Shown here piece by piece: positions 48,954 to 58,898 of a DNA stretch of 64,000 nt. The notes below the pieces were generated by a model. That model did not search any database and was not told the DNA's origin. It saw nothing but the letters and a program-made list of their open reading frames with translations. The position numbers were made by a program, and so were the translations under genes. Each line of letters starts with the position of its first letter. Position 1 is the stretch's first letter. The stretch is from Myxococcales bacterium (GTDB taxonomy: Bacteria; Myxococcota_A; Polyangia; Polyangiales; DASUME01): NCBI GenBank assembly GCA_047601445.1, contig JASGJH010000001.1:3520001-3584000 (forward strand). Direction: 5' to 3'.

Positions 48954-50651
48954 GATCTTGCGTGGGGCCGCGTTCATGCGCCGATGCTGGTCGATCAGGG
49001 CGCGCAGCTCCTTGGCGGTGACGCCCAGGCGGGCCGCGGTCTGCTGGGCCAGCGACGTGTTGGCGACTCCTGGCACGAAGCGGTAGGTGGGCCGATCGTG
49101 GACGTCGAGCTCCACGCGCAGGAAATCGAGCCCCGAGGTGCTCGGATCGCGCGCCAGCGAGGCCGCGAACTCGAGGAAGTGCGTGCTGATGAAGACCTGG
49201 GGCCCGAGCTCCTTGAGCAGGGTGAGCACCATGCGGAAGATCTCCTCGCCCTCGCTGGGATTGGTCCCGGAGCAGAGCTCGTCCACCACCACGAAAGCCC
49301 CCGGCCGCACGCTCTCGAAGACCTTGCGGATGCGGAGCAGCTCGCTGCCCAGGCGTCCCTCGCGCTGGTTTTCGTCGGCATGATCGCCGATGGAGAGGAA
49401 CATGGCGCTGGCGCTGACCAGCTGCGCCTTGGAGGCCGGCACGAAGTAACCGCCCTGGGCCAGGATCTGCCCGAGGCTCAGGGCCTGCAGGAGGCGCGTC
49501 TTGCCACCCGAGTTCGGTCCCGTGAGCAGCACGATGTCGTCGCAGCGCTGTTGAGACAGACTGCAAGGCACGGCGGCCTCGCCGTGACGCACGAGCAGCG
49601 GGTTGAACAGGTCGACCCACACGCGCACGGGCGAGGCTGCGTCGGGCTGCGCCGCGACGACTTCGGGCAAGCACACCTCGAGATCGAGCTGGCGTGCGTG
49701 ATCCCGGAAGCGCAGGGCCACCAGGTAGAACTCTAGATCGGACAGGATTTGGAAGAACTTCGCGAACTCGGCGTCGACCCCCAGGAAGACCTGGTCGACG
49801 AAGCGGCTCAGGACCTCGGCATCGCTGAAGAAGTAGCCGCGCACGAGCAGCGAGAAGCGGCGCCACAAGCGTCCCAGGCGCGTGGCGTAGAACGGATTGA
49901 GCTTGGCCTCGCTGGTGCGCACGATCTCGAAGTGGCGCAGCTCGCCGTCGTAGCCGATTTGCAGGCGCGCCTCGATGCTCGCCATGTTGTCTTCGAAGGC
50001 CAGCAGCTGGGAGAGGCGCTGGAAGCCCTGGCTGGCCTGCACACGGCGCGCGAAGTCACGGAGGCGCGACAGCCCGGAGTTCGCGCCCTCGAAGCCCCGC
50101 GCCAAGATCTCGATGGCAGCGCGGCCTGACTCGAGCACGTCCAGGCGGCGACGATTCACGTCCAGGCGCTCCCCAAGGCCGGAGTCCCCCAGCAGGTCCC
50201 GGAAACGCGCGAGCGCCACGTAGGCTTGCTCGAGGCTGGCCCGGAAAGCGTCGTTCTCGCTGAGCTCGCGCAGCACGGCCTGGCGGAAATAGGTGTTCTT
50301 CAGATCCTGTGGGGGGTGGTTCAAGATCCGAAGCAGCGGAGCCACGCGCGCCTGGAAGCGCCCGCCGTTGATCTCCAAGACTGCGTGAGCATTGATGAAT
50401 GCTTCGAGGTATAGATCGCTGGCGAAAAACTCGGGGGTCCAGGTGGAGAAGGCCAGCTGGGTCTCGTCGAAACACTCGTAGAGAGGGACGTCGGAGCCGC
50501 CGGAAGCAAAGGCAAACCGCAGGGCTTCGCGCAAGAGGACCAAATCCGCGCGGGCCATCGGCTGGTGGTGCAGCAGATCGGGCATCACGGTGGGGTCGCG
50601 CAGGTCGTGAGACGCCGGGACGGGCGACGCTTGCGGCATCGAGGACTCCAT
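48939..50651 (-). CDS. MutS-related ATPase (domain V; no mismatch-binding domain)
   Basis: FNPLL, TGPNSGGKT, AQGG.FVPA, EGRLGSEL, VDELCSGT and STH. About 570 aa. Confidence 0.85.
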   Translation of the reverse strand: MESSMPQASPVPASHDLRDPTVMPDLLHHQPMARADLVLLREALRFAFASGGSDVPLYECFDETQLAFSTWTPEFFASDLYLEAFINAHAVLEINGGRFQARVAPLLRILNHPPQDLKNTYFRQAVLRELSENDAFRASLEQAYVALARFRDLLGDSGLGERLDVNRRRLDVLESGRAAIEILARGFEGANSGLSRLRDFARRVQASQGFQRLSQLLAFEDNMASIEARLQIGYDGELRHFEIVRTSEAKLNPFYATRLGRLWRRFSLLVRGYFFSDAEVLSRFVDQVFLGVDAEFAKFFQILSDLEFYLVALRFRDHARQLDLEVCLPEVVAAQPDAASPVRVWVDLFNPLLVRHGEAAVPCSLSQQRCDDIVLLTGPNSGGKTRLLQALSLGQILAQGGYFVPASKAQLVSASAMFLSIGDHADENQREGRLGSELLRIRKVFESVRPGAFVVVDELCSGTNPSEGEEIFRMVLTLLKELGPQVFISTHFLEFAASLARDPSTSGLDFLRVELDVHDRPTYRFVPGVANTSLAQQTAARLGVTAKELRALIDQHRRMNAAPRKISRGA

Positions 50652-50789
50652 AGTTGGCTCGCGGGAACCTTCGGTTTGGTATGGACACCAACCGGGCGCA
50701 AGGGTTCCCGGGCGGGTGCACGAGCGAGCGTGGCGGGCCAGGTCGAAGCGGGCGGGTCCGCTCGCGAGCAAAAAGAGGACTCAGGAGCG

Positions 50790-52647
50790 ATGCGCTCGCG
50801 CTTTCAACGGGAAGAGGAACGGGCCTGGACCGAGCAGATGGTGGGGGCCAAGCGTCGCTGGTTCACGGCGGCCCTGGGCAACGTGTTGCTGCTCGCTGTG
50901 GTCTTGGGGCTGCCCTTTTGGCGCGGTGTGCGACGGGCCAAGGACGTGTGGCCTCGCTACGCGCGCGCGGCGTCGTGCCTGCTTGGGGGCAAGCCCGCGA
51001 GTCAGCCGGGACTGGGCAAGCTGCCGGCGCTGGAAGCGCACTTCGGCGCGCAGGTGCTGAAGGCACTCGCGAAGGGCGACACGGGCTGGACCGCGCGCTG
51101 CGACTCGGAGCTCGCGAAGCTGGTCCCCGAGCCGGCCATCTTCGTGTGGCCACCTGCCAAGGAAGGCGAGCTGCGGGTGCGCGAGGCGGTGCGCGTGCTG
51201 CGCGCTGAGCTCTCGAAGTTGCGTGGATACCGCGGGGAGTCGCGCGTGCCCCACGACCCGGTGCGCGCCATCGAGCAGCTCCATCGCGAGCTGGAAGGTC
51301 ACGCCGAGCGCGCCGGGATCATCGATTTGCCGCCGCAGGCCGCGCTGCACTTCGACGAGCCCGCGGCGGCGCTGGCGCGCCCGAGCAGAATCCCCATCTA
51401 TGCGGGCTCCGACGCGGTGATTTCGCTGTGGGGCGACGACGCGGCGCTGTCGGTGGTCGCCGTCGACCGCACCGGGATGTCGTTCTTGAGCGCGCGCGCG
51501 GGCCACGTGGAGCAGTCGGTGCGCCACGTGCGCCCGCCGCTGCTCGAGGGCTTCGTCCACGAGCCACGGGGCGACTTCTTGCTGTGGGCGCTGGCGCGCG
51601 AGAAGTGCAGGAGCCGCAGCGGGGGTTGCGAAGGTAAATCGATGGGCGTCTCGCAGGTGGCCATGCCGCTGACGAACGTGCGCGCGCCACGCTGGATCGC
51701 CTCGCACCCGAGTGGACGCCTGGACCGCAGCGTGCTCGCTCCCACGGCCCATGGTGACTTGTGGCTGCTGCTGGCCGAGGGCCCCCAACGCCGCAGCGAG
51801 CTGCGTGGCTTCGCGCTGTCGGAGCAGCCTGGAGGCTACGCGGAGTCGGAGCTCGCGCCCCTCCGCTGGAGCTTCAGCACTCCGATCGCAGGGGAACCGC
51901 TAGGGCTCATTCAGTTGCCGAGTCGCAGTCTCGCCCTCAGCGCGAGTGCGCAGCAAGAGGGCCGCACCGAGTTCGTGGCGCGCGTGCTCGAGGGCGCGGC
52001 GCCGAGCGGTCCATCCGACACTCAGATCGCCCTGGCCAGCCTGCCCGCCGCAGATCCTCCATGGGCCGCCTACTGCACCGCGGGAGACGGCGCGGCGCTC
52101 GCGCTCGGCACCACCGGCCAACTGTTGCCGGTCCTGCTGAGCGGCGACCAGGTGCACCGCTGGCAGCCGATTGCGCTCGAGCTCGGTAGCGTGTTGCACG
52201 AGCGCGACCCCGTGCGGGACCGCGTGCTGAGCCTGTGCGTGCCAGGCGGCTTTTTGGCCTTCGCGCGCAGCAGCGACGACAAGCTGTGGCAGATCCGCTG
52301 CGAGGATACGGGTGAGGAATGCCGCAAGGAGCTCGTCGCCGAGCACGTCACGGGCTTCAGTGGGCTCCAGAGTGGGCAGGCGCTGGTACTCGCCTACGCG
52401 GGCCACGAGGAGCGCGCGCAGATTCGCGTGCAGCGCTTCGACCTCGCGGGCCACGCCCTGGGCAAGCCTGTGCTCCCGAGCCCCTGCTGGGATCCGCGAG
52501 GCGGCATGTGCGACCAACCGCGCCTGCACAAGCTCGGGTCTCGCTTGCTGTTGAGTGCCCGTGACGAGACCGATTCTGGTGGTGCTCGAGTCCCCCGACG
52601 ACGGCGCTTCTTGGCGCAGCGCGGGCGGCATCCCGTTGTCACCGTGA
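50790..52647 (+). CDS. membrane-anchored hypothetical protein, +1 frameshift at 52572-52576
   Basis: AGGAG RBS, N-terminal TM and Cys pairs. Removing one T gives TDLVVLESPDDGASWRS..SP*, an Asp-box-like motif, and removes the overlap with the kinase. Confidence 0.75.
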
Positions 52648-52681
52648 CGCGCCTGCCCTCGCCCTCTCCTCTCGCTGGAGC

Positions 52682-54814
52682 TCAGGCCTCGTCTTCGGCT
52701 TGCGCCGGGATCTCGGTCGGACCGTTGGGCGCCACCACGCGCAGCAGGGAGCCCACCGCGAAGGGCTTCGCGAGGAAATCGATACCCGTGTCGCGCAGTG
52801 CGGAGAGGCGCGACGGCGAGGGCGAATAGCCGGACATCACCACGAAGTGCGCGCGTGCCTGCATCTCGCGCAAGCGACCCACGGCGTCGAGTTCGTCATC
52901 GCTGCCGAGCACGATGTCCACCAGCATGGTGTCGAAGGGCTGCTTCTCGGCCGCCGTGATGGCCTGGCTCGCGTTGGCAGCCGTCACCACGCGGTGCCCA
53001 GCCATCTCCAGGAGGCGCGCGATCAGCTCACGGATCCGTTCCTCGTCGTCCACCACCAGCACCGTGCGCCCCTGGGCCGTCGAACTCGTGTTCGCGATGT
53101 ACTCCGGCTTGCGCTGCGGCAGGTCGGCCGCGCGCGGCAGGTAGACGCGGAAGGTGGAGCCCTCTCCTGGCGCGGAGTCCACGGTCAGCGTGCCCCCCAC
53201 CTGGCGCGCCACACCGAAGCTCGTCGAGAGCCCGAGCCCGGTGCCTTTGCCCGCAGCCTTGGTCGTAAAAAATGGCTCGAAAATCCGCGATTTCACGTCC
53301 GGATCGATGCCCGAGCCGGTGTCGGCCACTTCGATGACGATGTGTTCGCCCGCCTGCAAGTCGGCGACCTCCGAGGTGGCGATCTGGCGGTCGCTCACGC
53401 GCACGTGCAAGCGGCCGCCCTCTGCCATGGCGTCGCGCGCGTTGACCGCCAGGTTCATGATGATCTGCTCGAGAGCCCCCGTGCTCAGCTGCGCGTGCCA
53501 GACCGAACCCGAGGTGTCGAGCGAGAGCCGGATGCTCTGACCCACCGCGCGCGACAGCAGGGGCTCCAGGTCGCGGATCACCTTGGCGGGTGCGGTGTAG
53601 CCCTCGGGCAAGACCTGCCTGCGTGCGAACGACAGGAGCTGCCCCGTAAGGAGGGCCGCCTTCTGCACCGCGTCGTCGATGATCTGCAGGTCGCGCTGAC
53701 CGCGCTGCTGGCTCGGGATTTGACTGCGCAGCATCGAGGCGCACGATCCGATGACCGCCAGCAGGTTGTTGAAGTCGTGGGCGACGCCCCCTGCCAATCG
53801 TCCGAGCGCGTCCATCCTGCGCACGGCTTCCAACTCGGCGCTCAAGGCCTGCAGATCGGTGATGTCGCGCGAGGTGATGGCCACCAGCCGCTGGTCGTCG
53901 ATCTGCACGCCGAGCATCCTCAGGTGGAAGGTCCGATACGTACCTTCCTTGGAACGCAGCCTCGCGACCACCTCGCGCGCCTGCCCCTGCAACGCCTCCC
54001 GGAATGCTTTGCCAGCCGCCTCGCGGTCTTCTGCATGGAGCAGCCAGGGAGCCGCCTTGTCCGTCAGCTCGGCGGGCGAGATGCCAAGGATGCGCTCGTA
54101 GGAGGCGCTCACGAAGGTATGACGACCCTTGGAATCGAGCACGGCCACCAGATCGCTGACCTGATCCGCCACCAATCGGAAACGGCGCTCTGCTGCCGCC
54201 GCCGCCGCCTGCGCCTCGGATGCCGCCCGGGCGCCCTCCAGCTGCTGCCGCATGGAACGGCGCTCCGCCAGGGCCGACGAGATGCCCGCCACAGCGCCCA
54301 ACAACGCGAAGAACAGCGGCGCTCCCAGCGCACGCGCCGCGAGCGTGGCGTCGGCCCCTTGCGAGATCCTCGCGAACAGCAAGAGCGGGATGGCCAGCAC
54401 CGTGCAGACCGATGCCATGATGGTGCCCTGCAGGTTGAGCGTGGCGGCCGCGATCAGCGGGATGATGCCGCTGAACATGATGGTGTTCGAGGCCTCGCTC
54501 AGCTCGAGAACCGTAAGCGCAGACGTCCAGTGCTGCGCGAGCATGGTCGTCAGCATTACGGCCGACGCGTACCAGTCGCCGGAACGCTTCGCGAGCAGGT
54601 GGGCCAGCAGATAACCCGCGATCGACACAACGCTCACGACGATGGTGGAGCGGGGCGCTCCGAGCACCACCATCTGCACGTTAGCCAGCACCGAAAGGGC
54701 GCCCAGCAGGGCACTGACCTCCCGTACGAACATGCGGCGTCGCGCCTGCTGGGCGACGAGCAGACGTTCACCAGGCGTCACTGCGCTTGGAGTCGAGGAA
54801 ACTGCTTCTTCCAT
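52682..54814 (-). CDS. hybrid sensor histidine kinase (TM, PAS, HisKA, HATPase, REC)
   Basis: AGGVAHDFNNLL, NLAVNARDAM, DTGSGI, FEPFFTTK, GTGLGL and REC VVDDE..D..SG..KPF. Confidence 0.95.
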   Translation of the reverse strand: MEEAVSSTPSAVTPGERLLVAQQARRRMFVREVSALLGALSVLANVQMVVLGAPRSTIVVSVVSIAGYLLAHLLAKRSGDWYASAVMLTTMLAQHWTSALTVLELSEASNTIMFSGIIPLIAAATLNLQGTIMASVCTVLAIPLLLFARISQGADATLAARALGAPLFFALLGAVAGISSALAERRSMRQQLEGARAASEAQAAAAAAERRFRLVADQVSDLVAVLDSKGRHTFVSASYERILGISPAELTDKAAPWLLHAEDREAAGKAFREALQGQAREVVARLRSKEGTYRTFHLRMLGVQIDDQRLVAITSRDITDLQALSAELEAVRRMDALGRLAGGVAHDFNNLLAVIGSCASMLRSQIPSQQRGQRDLQIIDDAVQKAALLTGQLLSFARRQVLPEGYTAPAKVIRDLEPLLSRAVGQSIRLSLDTSGSVWHAQLSTGALEQIIMNLAVNARDAMAEGGRLHVRVSDRQIATSEVADLQAGEHIVIEVADTGSGIDPDVKSRIFEPFFTTKAAGKGTGLGLSTSFGVARQVGGTLTVDSAPGEGSTFRVYLPRAADLPQRKPEYIANTSSTAQGRTVLVVDDEERIRELIARLLEMAGHRVVTAANASQAITAAEKQPFDTMLVDIVLGSDDELDAVGRLREMQARAHFVVMSGYSPSPSRLSALRDTGIDFLAKPFAVGSLLRVVAPNGPTEIPAQAEDEA

Positions 54815-54937
54815 AGATGGCGTCGCTGAGCGCTGCCCTTGGGGGCTATGTTAGCCCAGTCTGCTCGTGCTCGCGACGAGACCGCGTCAGGTTCCGCGCA
54901 GCACCGCCCCAGCCCCGAACGCGGACTATGCGTTCCT

Positions 54938-55762
54938 TCACAGCGCAGTGGCAAAGCGCACGGCAGCCTGCACTTGAACAGCCGTCGGGCGCAGCCCGGT
55001 GTAGAGCTCGAACTGATCCAGGGCCTGCAGCGCGATCACTTCGGTGCCCGTAATCACTCGCTTTCCAGCCTGAAGCGCCGCCAGAATCAGCGGCGTTTCC
55101 GCTGGATTGGCCACCACGTCGAAGACGATGTCGGCGGCCTCCACGAGGTCACGGGGGAATGCGAGCTCGGCGGCCACCGCGGTCCCTGTCATGCCGATTG
55201 GCGTCACGTTGATCAGCAGCTCGGCTTTCACCCCTATGAGCGAATCTCGAAAATCGTAGTCACATGCCTGCGCAAGGGCTCTGCCCGCTCCCTGATTGCG
55301 CGCCACGATGGTACCTCGCCGGTAGCCAGCGTCGCGCAGCGCGGAGGCCACCGCCTTGGCCATGCCGCCGCTGCCACGCAGCACGAAACGGACCTCGCGA
55401 GGCACCGCATGCTGCTGGAGCAAGGAGCGCACGGCGTTGTAGTCCGTGTTGTGACCGACGAGTCGCCCAGCCTCGTTCACGATGGTGTTCACCGACGCGA
55501 TGGCCCGAGCCGAGGGCCCGAGCTCGTCGAGCAGCGGAATGCAGGCTTCCTTGAACGGCATGGAGATGGCGCAGCCGCGAATACCGAGGGCGCGCACGCC
55601 AGCGATGGCCGCCTGCAGGTCCGTGGTCGTGAAGGCCTTGTAGAGGTAGTCGAGCCCCAGCGCTTCGTAGAGGTGATTGTGAAAGCGCGAGCCGAAGGTG
55701 CCGGGGCGGCCGGCCAGGGACATGCAGACGACGGTGTCGCGTCCGATCGTGAGACGAGTCAC
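54938..55762 (-). CDS. shikimate dehydrogenase-like protein (SdhL type)
   Basis: CMSLAGRPG, ISMPFK, SVNTI, HNTD, GSGGMAKA, NVTPIGM and QALDQFELYTG. Confidence 0.9.
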   Translation of the reverse strand: MTRLTIGRDTVVCMSLAGRPGTFGSRFHNHLYEALGLDYLYKAFTTTDLQAAIAGVRALGIRGCAISMPFKEACIPLLDELGPSARAIASVNTIVNEAGRLVGHNTDYNAVRSLLQQHAVPREVRFVLRGSGGMAKAVASALRDAGYRRGTIVARNQGAGRALAQACDYDFRDSLIGVKAELLINVTPIGMTGTAVAAELAFPRDLVEAADIVFDVVANPAETPLILAALQAGKRVITGTEVIALQALDQFELYTGLRPTAVQVQAAVRFATAL

Positions 55763-55765
55763 TCG

Positions 55766-56323
55766 TTATTCCAGATCTGCAGCAAGCGCGGCGCGCTGCT
55801 CGATGCGAAACAGGGTTTGGCTGCGGTCGTCGCTCCACGTGTAGAGCGCGAGCTCCGTAAGCCGCGCGGTGATTTCTGGCAACGCCAGGGCACGCGCCCA
55901 GTCTAGCGCTCGGGTGCGCTCGGCGTGACTCGCGGCGCGCCTGGGTCTCGCCAACGTGACGTGGGCCAGCGGCGGCCGCGCGTCGTGCTGCGCCTCGGCG
56001 GCATCCCAGGCCAGCGCACGCACCGCCCCCATGGCGTGCTCCACCTCGCTCCGTCCGCGTGCCAGCAGGGCGGAGAATGCGGAAGGGCGGCGGGGCGAAC
56101 CGAGGGCCTCGATGGCGCCGAGCGACACCTCGATGGCCTTGAGCGGAATGTCGCGGGCAGCCTGGAAGGCGGCCAGGGCGCGCCCGGGGGAGACGGGCCC
56201 CAGGAAGGCCACGGTGATGTGCCGGTCCGCGCGCGCAAACAGACGAACACCTGGCGGAGCTGCAAATTGCTCCAGGTCCAGCTCGAATGAGATCGGCAAC
56301 GCGACGAACCAGTTGGCACTCAC
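55766..56323 (-). CDS. thpR: RNA 2',3'-cyclic phosphodiesterase (2H phosphoesterase, LigT/ThpR family)
   Basis: WFVALP, HITVAFLG and HVTLAR. Start placed at GTG 56323. Confidence 0.82.
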   Translation of the reverse strand: MSANWFVALPISFELDLEQFAAPPGVRLFARADRHITVAFLGPVSPGRALAAFQAARDIPLKAIEVSLGAIEALGSPRRPSAFSALLARGRSEVEHAMGAVRALAWDAAEAQHDARPPLAHVTLARPRRAASHAERTRALDWARALALPEITARLTELALYTWSDDRSQTLFRIEQRAALAADLE

Positions 56324-56494
56324 GATGCTGTCGTCATGCCGCTCGCCGAGACCTGACGCAAAGCACCCGGCGCGTACATCCCCGCCCAGGAACACGCAGA
56401 CCCGCTTGTCAACAGCGTCAAGTAGCTGGTTCAACTCACTATTGTCGGAGCCCAGGGAAGCTCCCGCGGAGCCTGGCCGTAGTGAATTTCCAAG

Positions 56495-57619
56495 TTGTCC
56501 GTTACCAGTGAAGAGACGAGCGAGCGCCAATCCGTGGACGATGTCCTCGGTCCGGTCCGAGCGCTGATCGCCCAGCTGACCAGGTCGAGCGCGCTGGAGC
56601 GCGGAGACATGGAGGGCGCGCTGGCCCAGCTCACGGAGTCCTCCTCGCTGGCCCTGCGTGTGGAGCGGGTAAGCGTATGGCATTTCAACGATGACCTCAG
56701 CGAGCTGACCTGCCTCGACGCCTACTCCCGCACCGAGCACCGCCACGAGCGCGGCGCCAAGCTCGTGGCGCGCGCCACCCCCGCCTATTTCAAAGCGCTG
56801 TGCGAAGAGCGCACCATCGCGGCCCACGACGCGCGCCAGGATCCTCGCACCCAGGAATTCGGGGCGCAGTATCTCCAGGAGCACGGCATCGCCTCCATGC
56901 TCGATGCTCCCATCCTGCTCGAAGGTCGCCTGGTGGGCGTGGTGTGTCACGAGCACGTCGGCGCTCCGCGTCGCTTCCGAGCCTGGGAGGAGCTCGTGGC
57001 GGGGACGTTCGCGGATTTTGGCGCCATGGTGCTCGGCGCCGCAGCCCGAGCGCGTCAGGCCCAGGACTTGGAGGACGCCCAGCGGCGCCTGGACGAGCAG
57101 CAGCGCCTGGAGAACGAGCTCCGGGAGCTAGCGAGCACCGACGCGTTGACCGGCACCCTCAATCGCCGCCGCATGTTCGAGATCGCCGAGTCGGAGCTGC
57201 TGGTCGCAGCCCGCTCGCAGCGTCCGCTGGCACTCGCCATGCTCGACGTGGATCACTTCAAGGCAGTCAACGACCGCTTCGGTCACTTGGTGGGAGACGA
57301 CGCGCTGCGCCGCATCGCGCTCGCTGCACGCGGGGCCCTGCGTCGTCAGGACTACGTCGCGCGTTACGGCGGCGAGGAGCTCGTCGTGTTGTTGCCAGGC
57401 ACGGACCTCGACGCAGCGCGGCGGGTCATCGAGCGCGTGCGAGCGGAGGTGGCGTCGCTGCGTCTTTCCCGTGAAGGCGAGCCAGTGCCGCTCAGCGTAA
57501 GCGCCGGCGTAGTGAGCTACCAACCGTTCGAGTCGCTGAAGGAACTCCTGGAGCGCGCAGATAGCGCGCTGTATGAGGCCAAGACACGCGGCCGAAACTG
57601 TGTGGTAGCGGAGAGTTAG
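56495..57619 (+). CDS. GAF-GGDEF diguanylate cyclase
   Basis: GAF (RVSVW, SMLDAPI, CHEH), TDALTG, DVDHFKAVND.FGH..GD, RxxD I-site (RRQD) and YGGEEL. Start uncertain. Confidence 0.93.
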   Translation: MSVTSEETSERQSVDDVLGPVRALIAQLTRSSALERGDMEGALAQLTESSSLALRVERVSVWHFNDDLSELTCLDAYSRTEHRHERGAKLVARATPAYFKALCEERTIAAHDARQDPRTQEFGAQYLQEHGIASMLDAPILLEGRLVGVVCHEHVGAPRRFRAWEELVAGTFADFGAMVLGAAARARQAQDLEDAQRRLDEQQRLENELRELASTDALTGTLNRRRMFEIAESELLVAARSQRPLALAMLDVDHFKAVNDRFGHLVGDDALRRIALAARGALRRQDYVARYGGEELVVLLPGTDLDAARRVIERVRAEVASLRLSREGEPVPLSVSAGVVSYQPFESLKELLERADSALYEAKTRGRNCVVAES

Positions 57620-57739
57620 GAAGTGCGCTGCGCGTGAGTGCCCACGGCGCTTGCGTCCCTCGTTGGCAACTTCGAGGTTTCGCTGTCGCTCCACCTTCGT
57701 TCTGGAGTACCGTCGAAGGAACAAGAACGGAGGCCAGGC

Positions 57740-58654
57740 ATGCGCTCTCCATTTCTCGTTCGCGTTCTCGTTCCCGCACTCGTTCCCTCTCTACGTGCCT
57801 TCAAGACATGCGCGCTCGGTGCGCTGATGTCGGCTGCCATCGCGCAGGCGCACGTCGCCAGCGCGCAGACCGGCGCCGTGTCTGGCAGGCCCGACCTGAG
57901 CCCCACTGCCGCGGCCCACACGATGCTCCTTCCCGTGATGGACGCCCCGCGAGAGGCGCCCGCGAAGGCCGCCGAAAGCCAGCAGACTCCGGAGGATCCA
58001 CGCGGCCTTCCCGCCATCGAGGACCCGGAGTTGCCAGGACTCGAGCGCCGCGCCGACGGCAGCTATCGCTTCCAGGGGACCAACTTCAGCGCAGTGATTC
58101 CACGCGACGGACAGGTGAAGTTTCGAAACTCCTTCTTCGGATTCTCGCGCCGCATGGCCCCGCTCGCCCCACCTCCACGGGACCTCGACCCCACGCCGAG
58201 CGGCGCCCGCATCCCACAGACCACCCCGTTGCTCGCGGCCCAATTCCGCATCGACTTCCAGGGCTACCTTCAGAGCCGACTCGGTGATGACCCCTACCTC
58301 TCCGAGCGCCGCTGGTTCCTCGATCGCACGCGCGAGCTGCGCGACAGCCTGAGCGCCCGCAGCTTCATCCTCTCGTTGCGCGCGGCATTGTTGAAGGTTT
58401 GGAGCGCGGCTGGCGAGAACCTCGCGCAGCGCAAGCGTGAGACGTTCGAACTCTGGAACCAGACTGGCGACGATGAGCGGGGTGAAGCCGCACGCAAGCT
58501 GGTCCTCACGTTCGTGCGCGAACGCTGCCCGCAGCGCTCGTCGTGCGAGTTTCGGCCCGCCGAGCTCAAGCGCCTCAACGACAAGCGCAGCCACGCGGAG
58601 GCGTTCGCGCCTTACGCTCCTGTGGCGCGCAATCGAGCCACACCAGCGCCGTGA
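57740..58654 (+). CDS. secreted hypothetical protein
   Basis: GGAGG RBS, signal-like region, DPYLSERRWFL and FELW motifs. Confidence 0.7.
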   Translation: MRSPFLVRVLVPALVPSLRAFKTCALGALMSAAIAQAHVASAQTGAVSGRPDLSPTAAAHTMLLPVMDAPREAPAKAAESQQTPEDPRGLPAIEDPELPGLERRADGSYRFQGTNFSAVIPRDGQVKFRNSFFGFSRRMAPLAPPPRDLDPTPSGARIPQTTPLLAAQFRIDFQGYLQSRLGDDPYLSERRWFLDRTRELRDSLSARSFILSLRAALLKVWSAAGENLAQRKRETFELWNQTGDDERGEAARKLVLTFVRERCPQRSSCEFRPAELKRLNDKRSHAEAFAPYAPVARNRATPAP

Positions 58655-58898
58655 CGCCTCACTGAACGGCGCCACTGCGCGCGCCGTGACGTCGCGTGGC
58701 GCGATCTCGACAGACTCGTCAGCCCGGTGTTTCGCGGACTTTTCACATCACCTTCCAGTGACCGCCTCGGCTTTCACCCGGAGATTTGCGGGCGATCTTC
58801 CGCGATCTTCGTAGTTGTCAGGCAGACTCCAGAGCTGCATTCTGTTCGCTCGAGCGCGCACCGAGCACTGCGATCTTTGCTTTCTGATGGAGGCGGCA

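Noticed and set aside
48939..50651. Canonical mutS or mutS2
   Set aside because: Too short, and lacks both the mismatch-binding domain I and the Smr domain.
52700..54829. Long antisense ORFs (for example 52700-54829 +, 17827-19959 +, 14474-16126 -, 36922-38412 -)
   Set aside because: Shadow frames of genuine GC-rich genes on the opposite strand, with no motifs.
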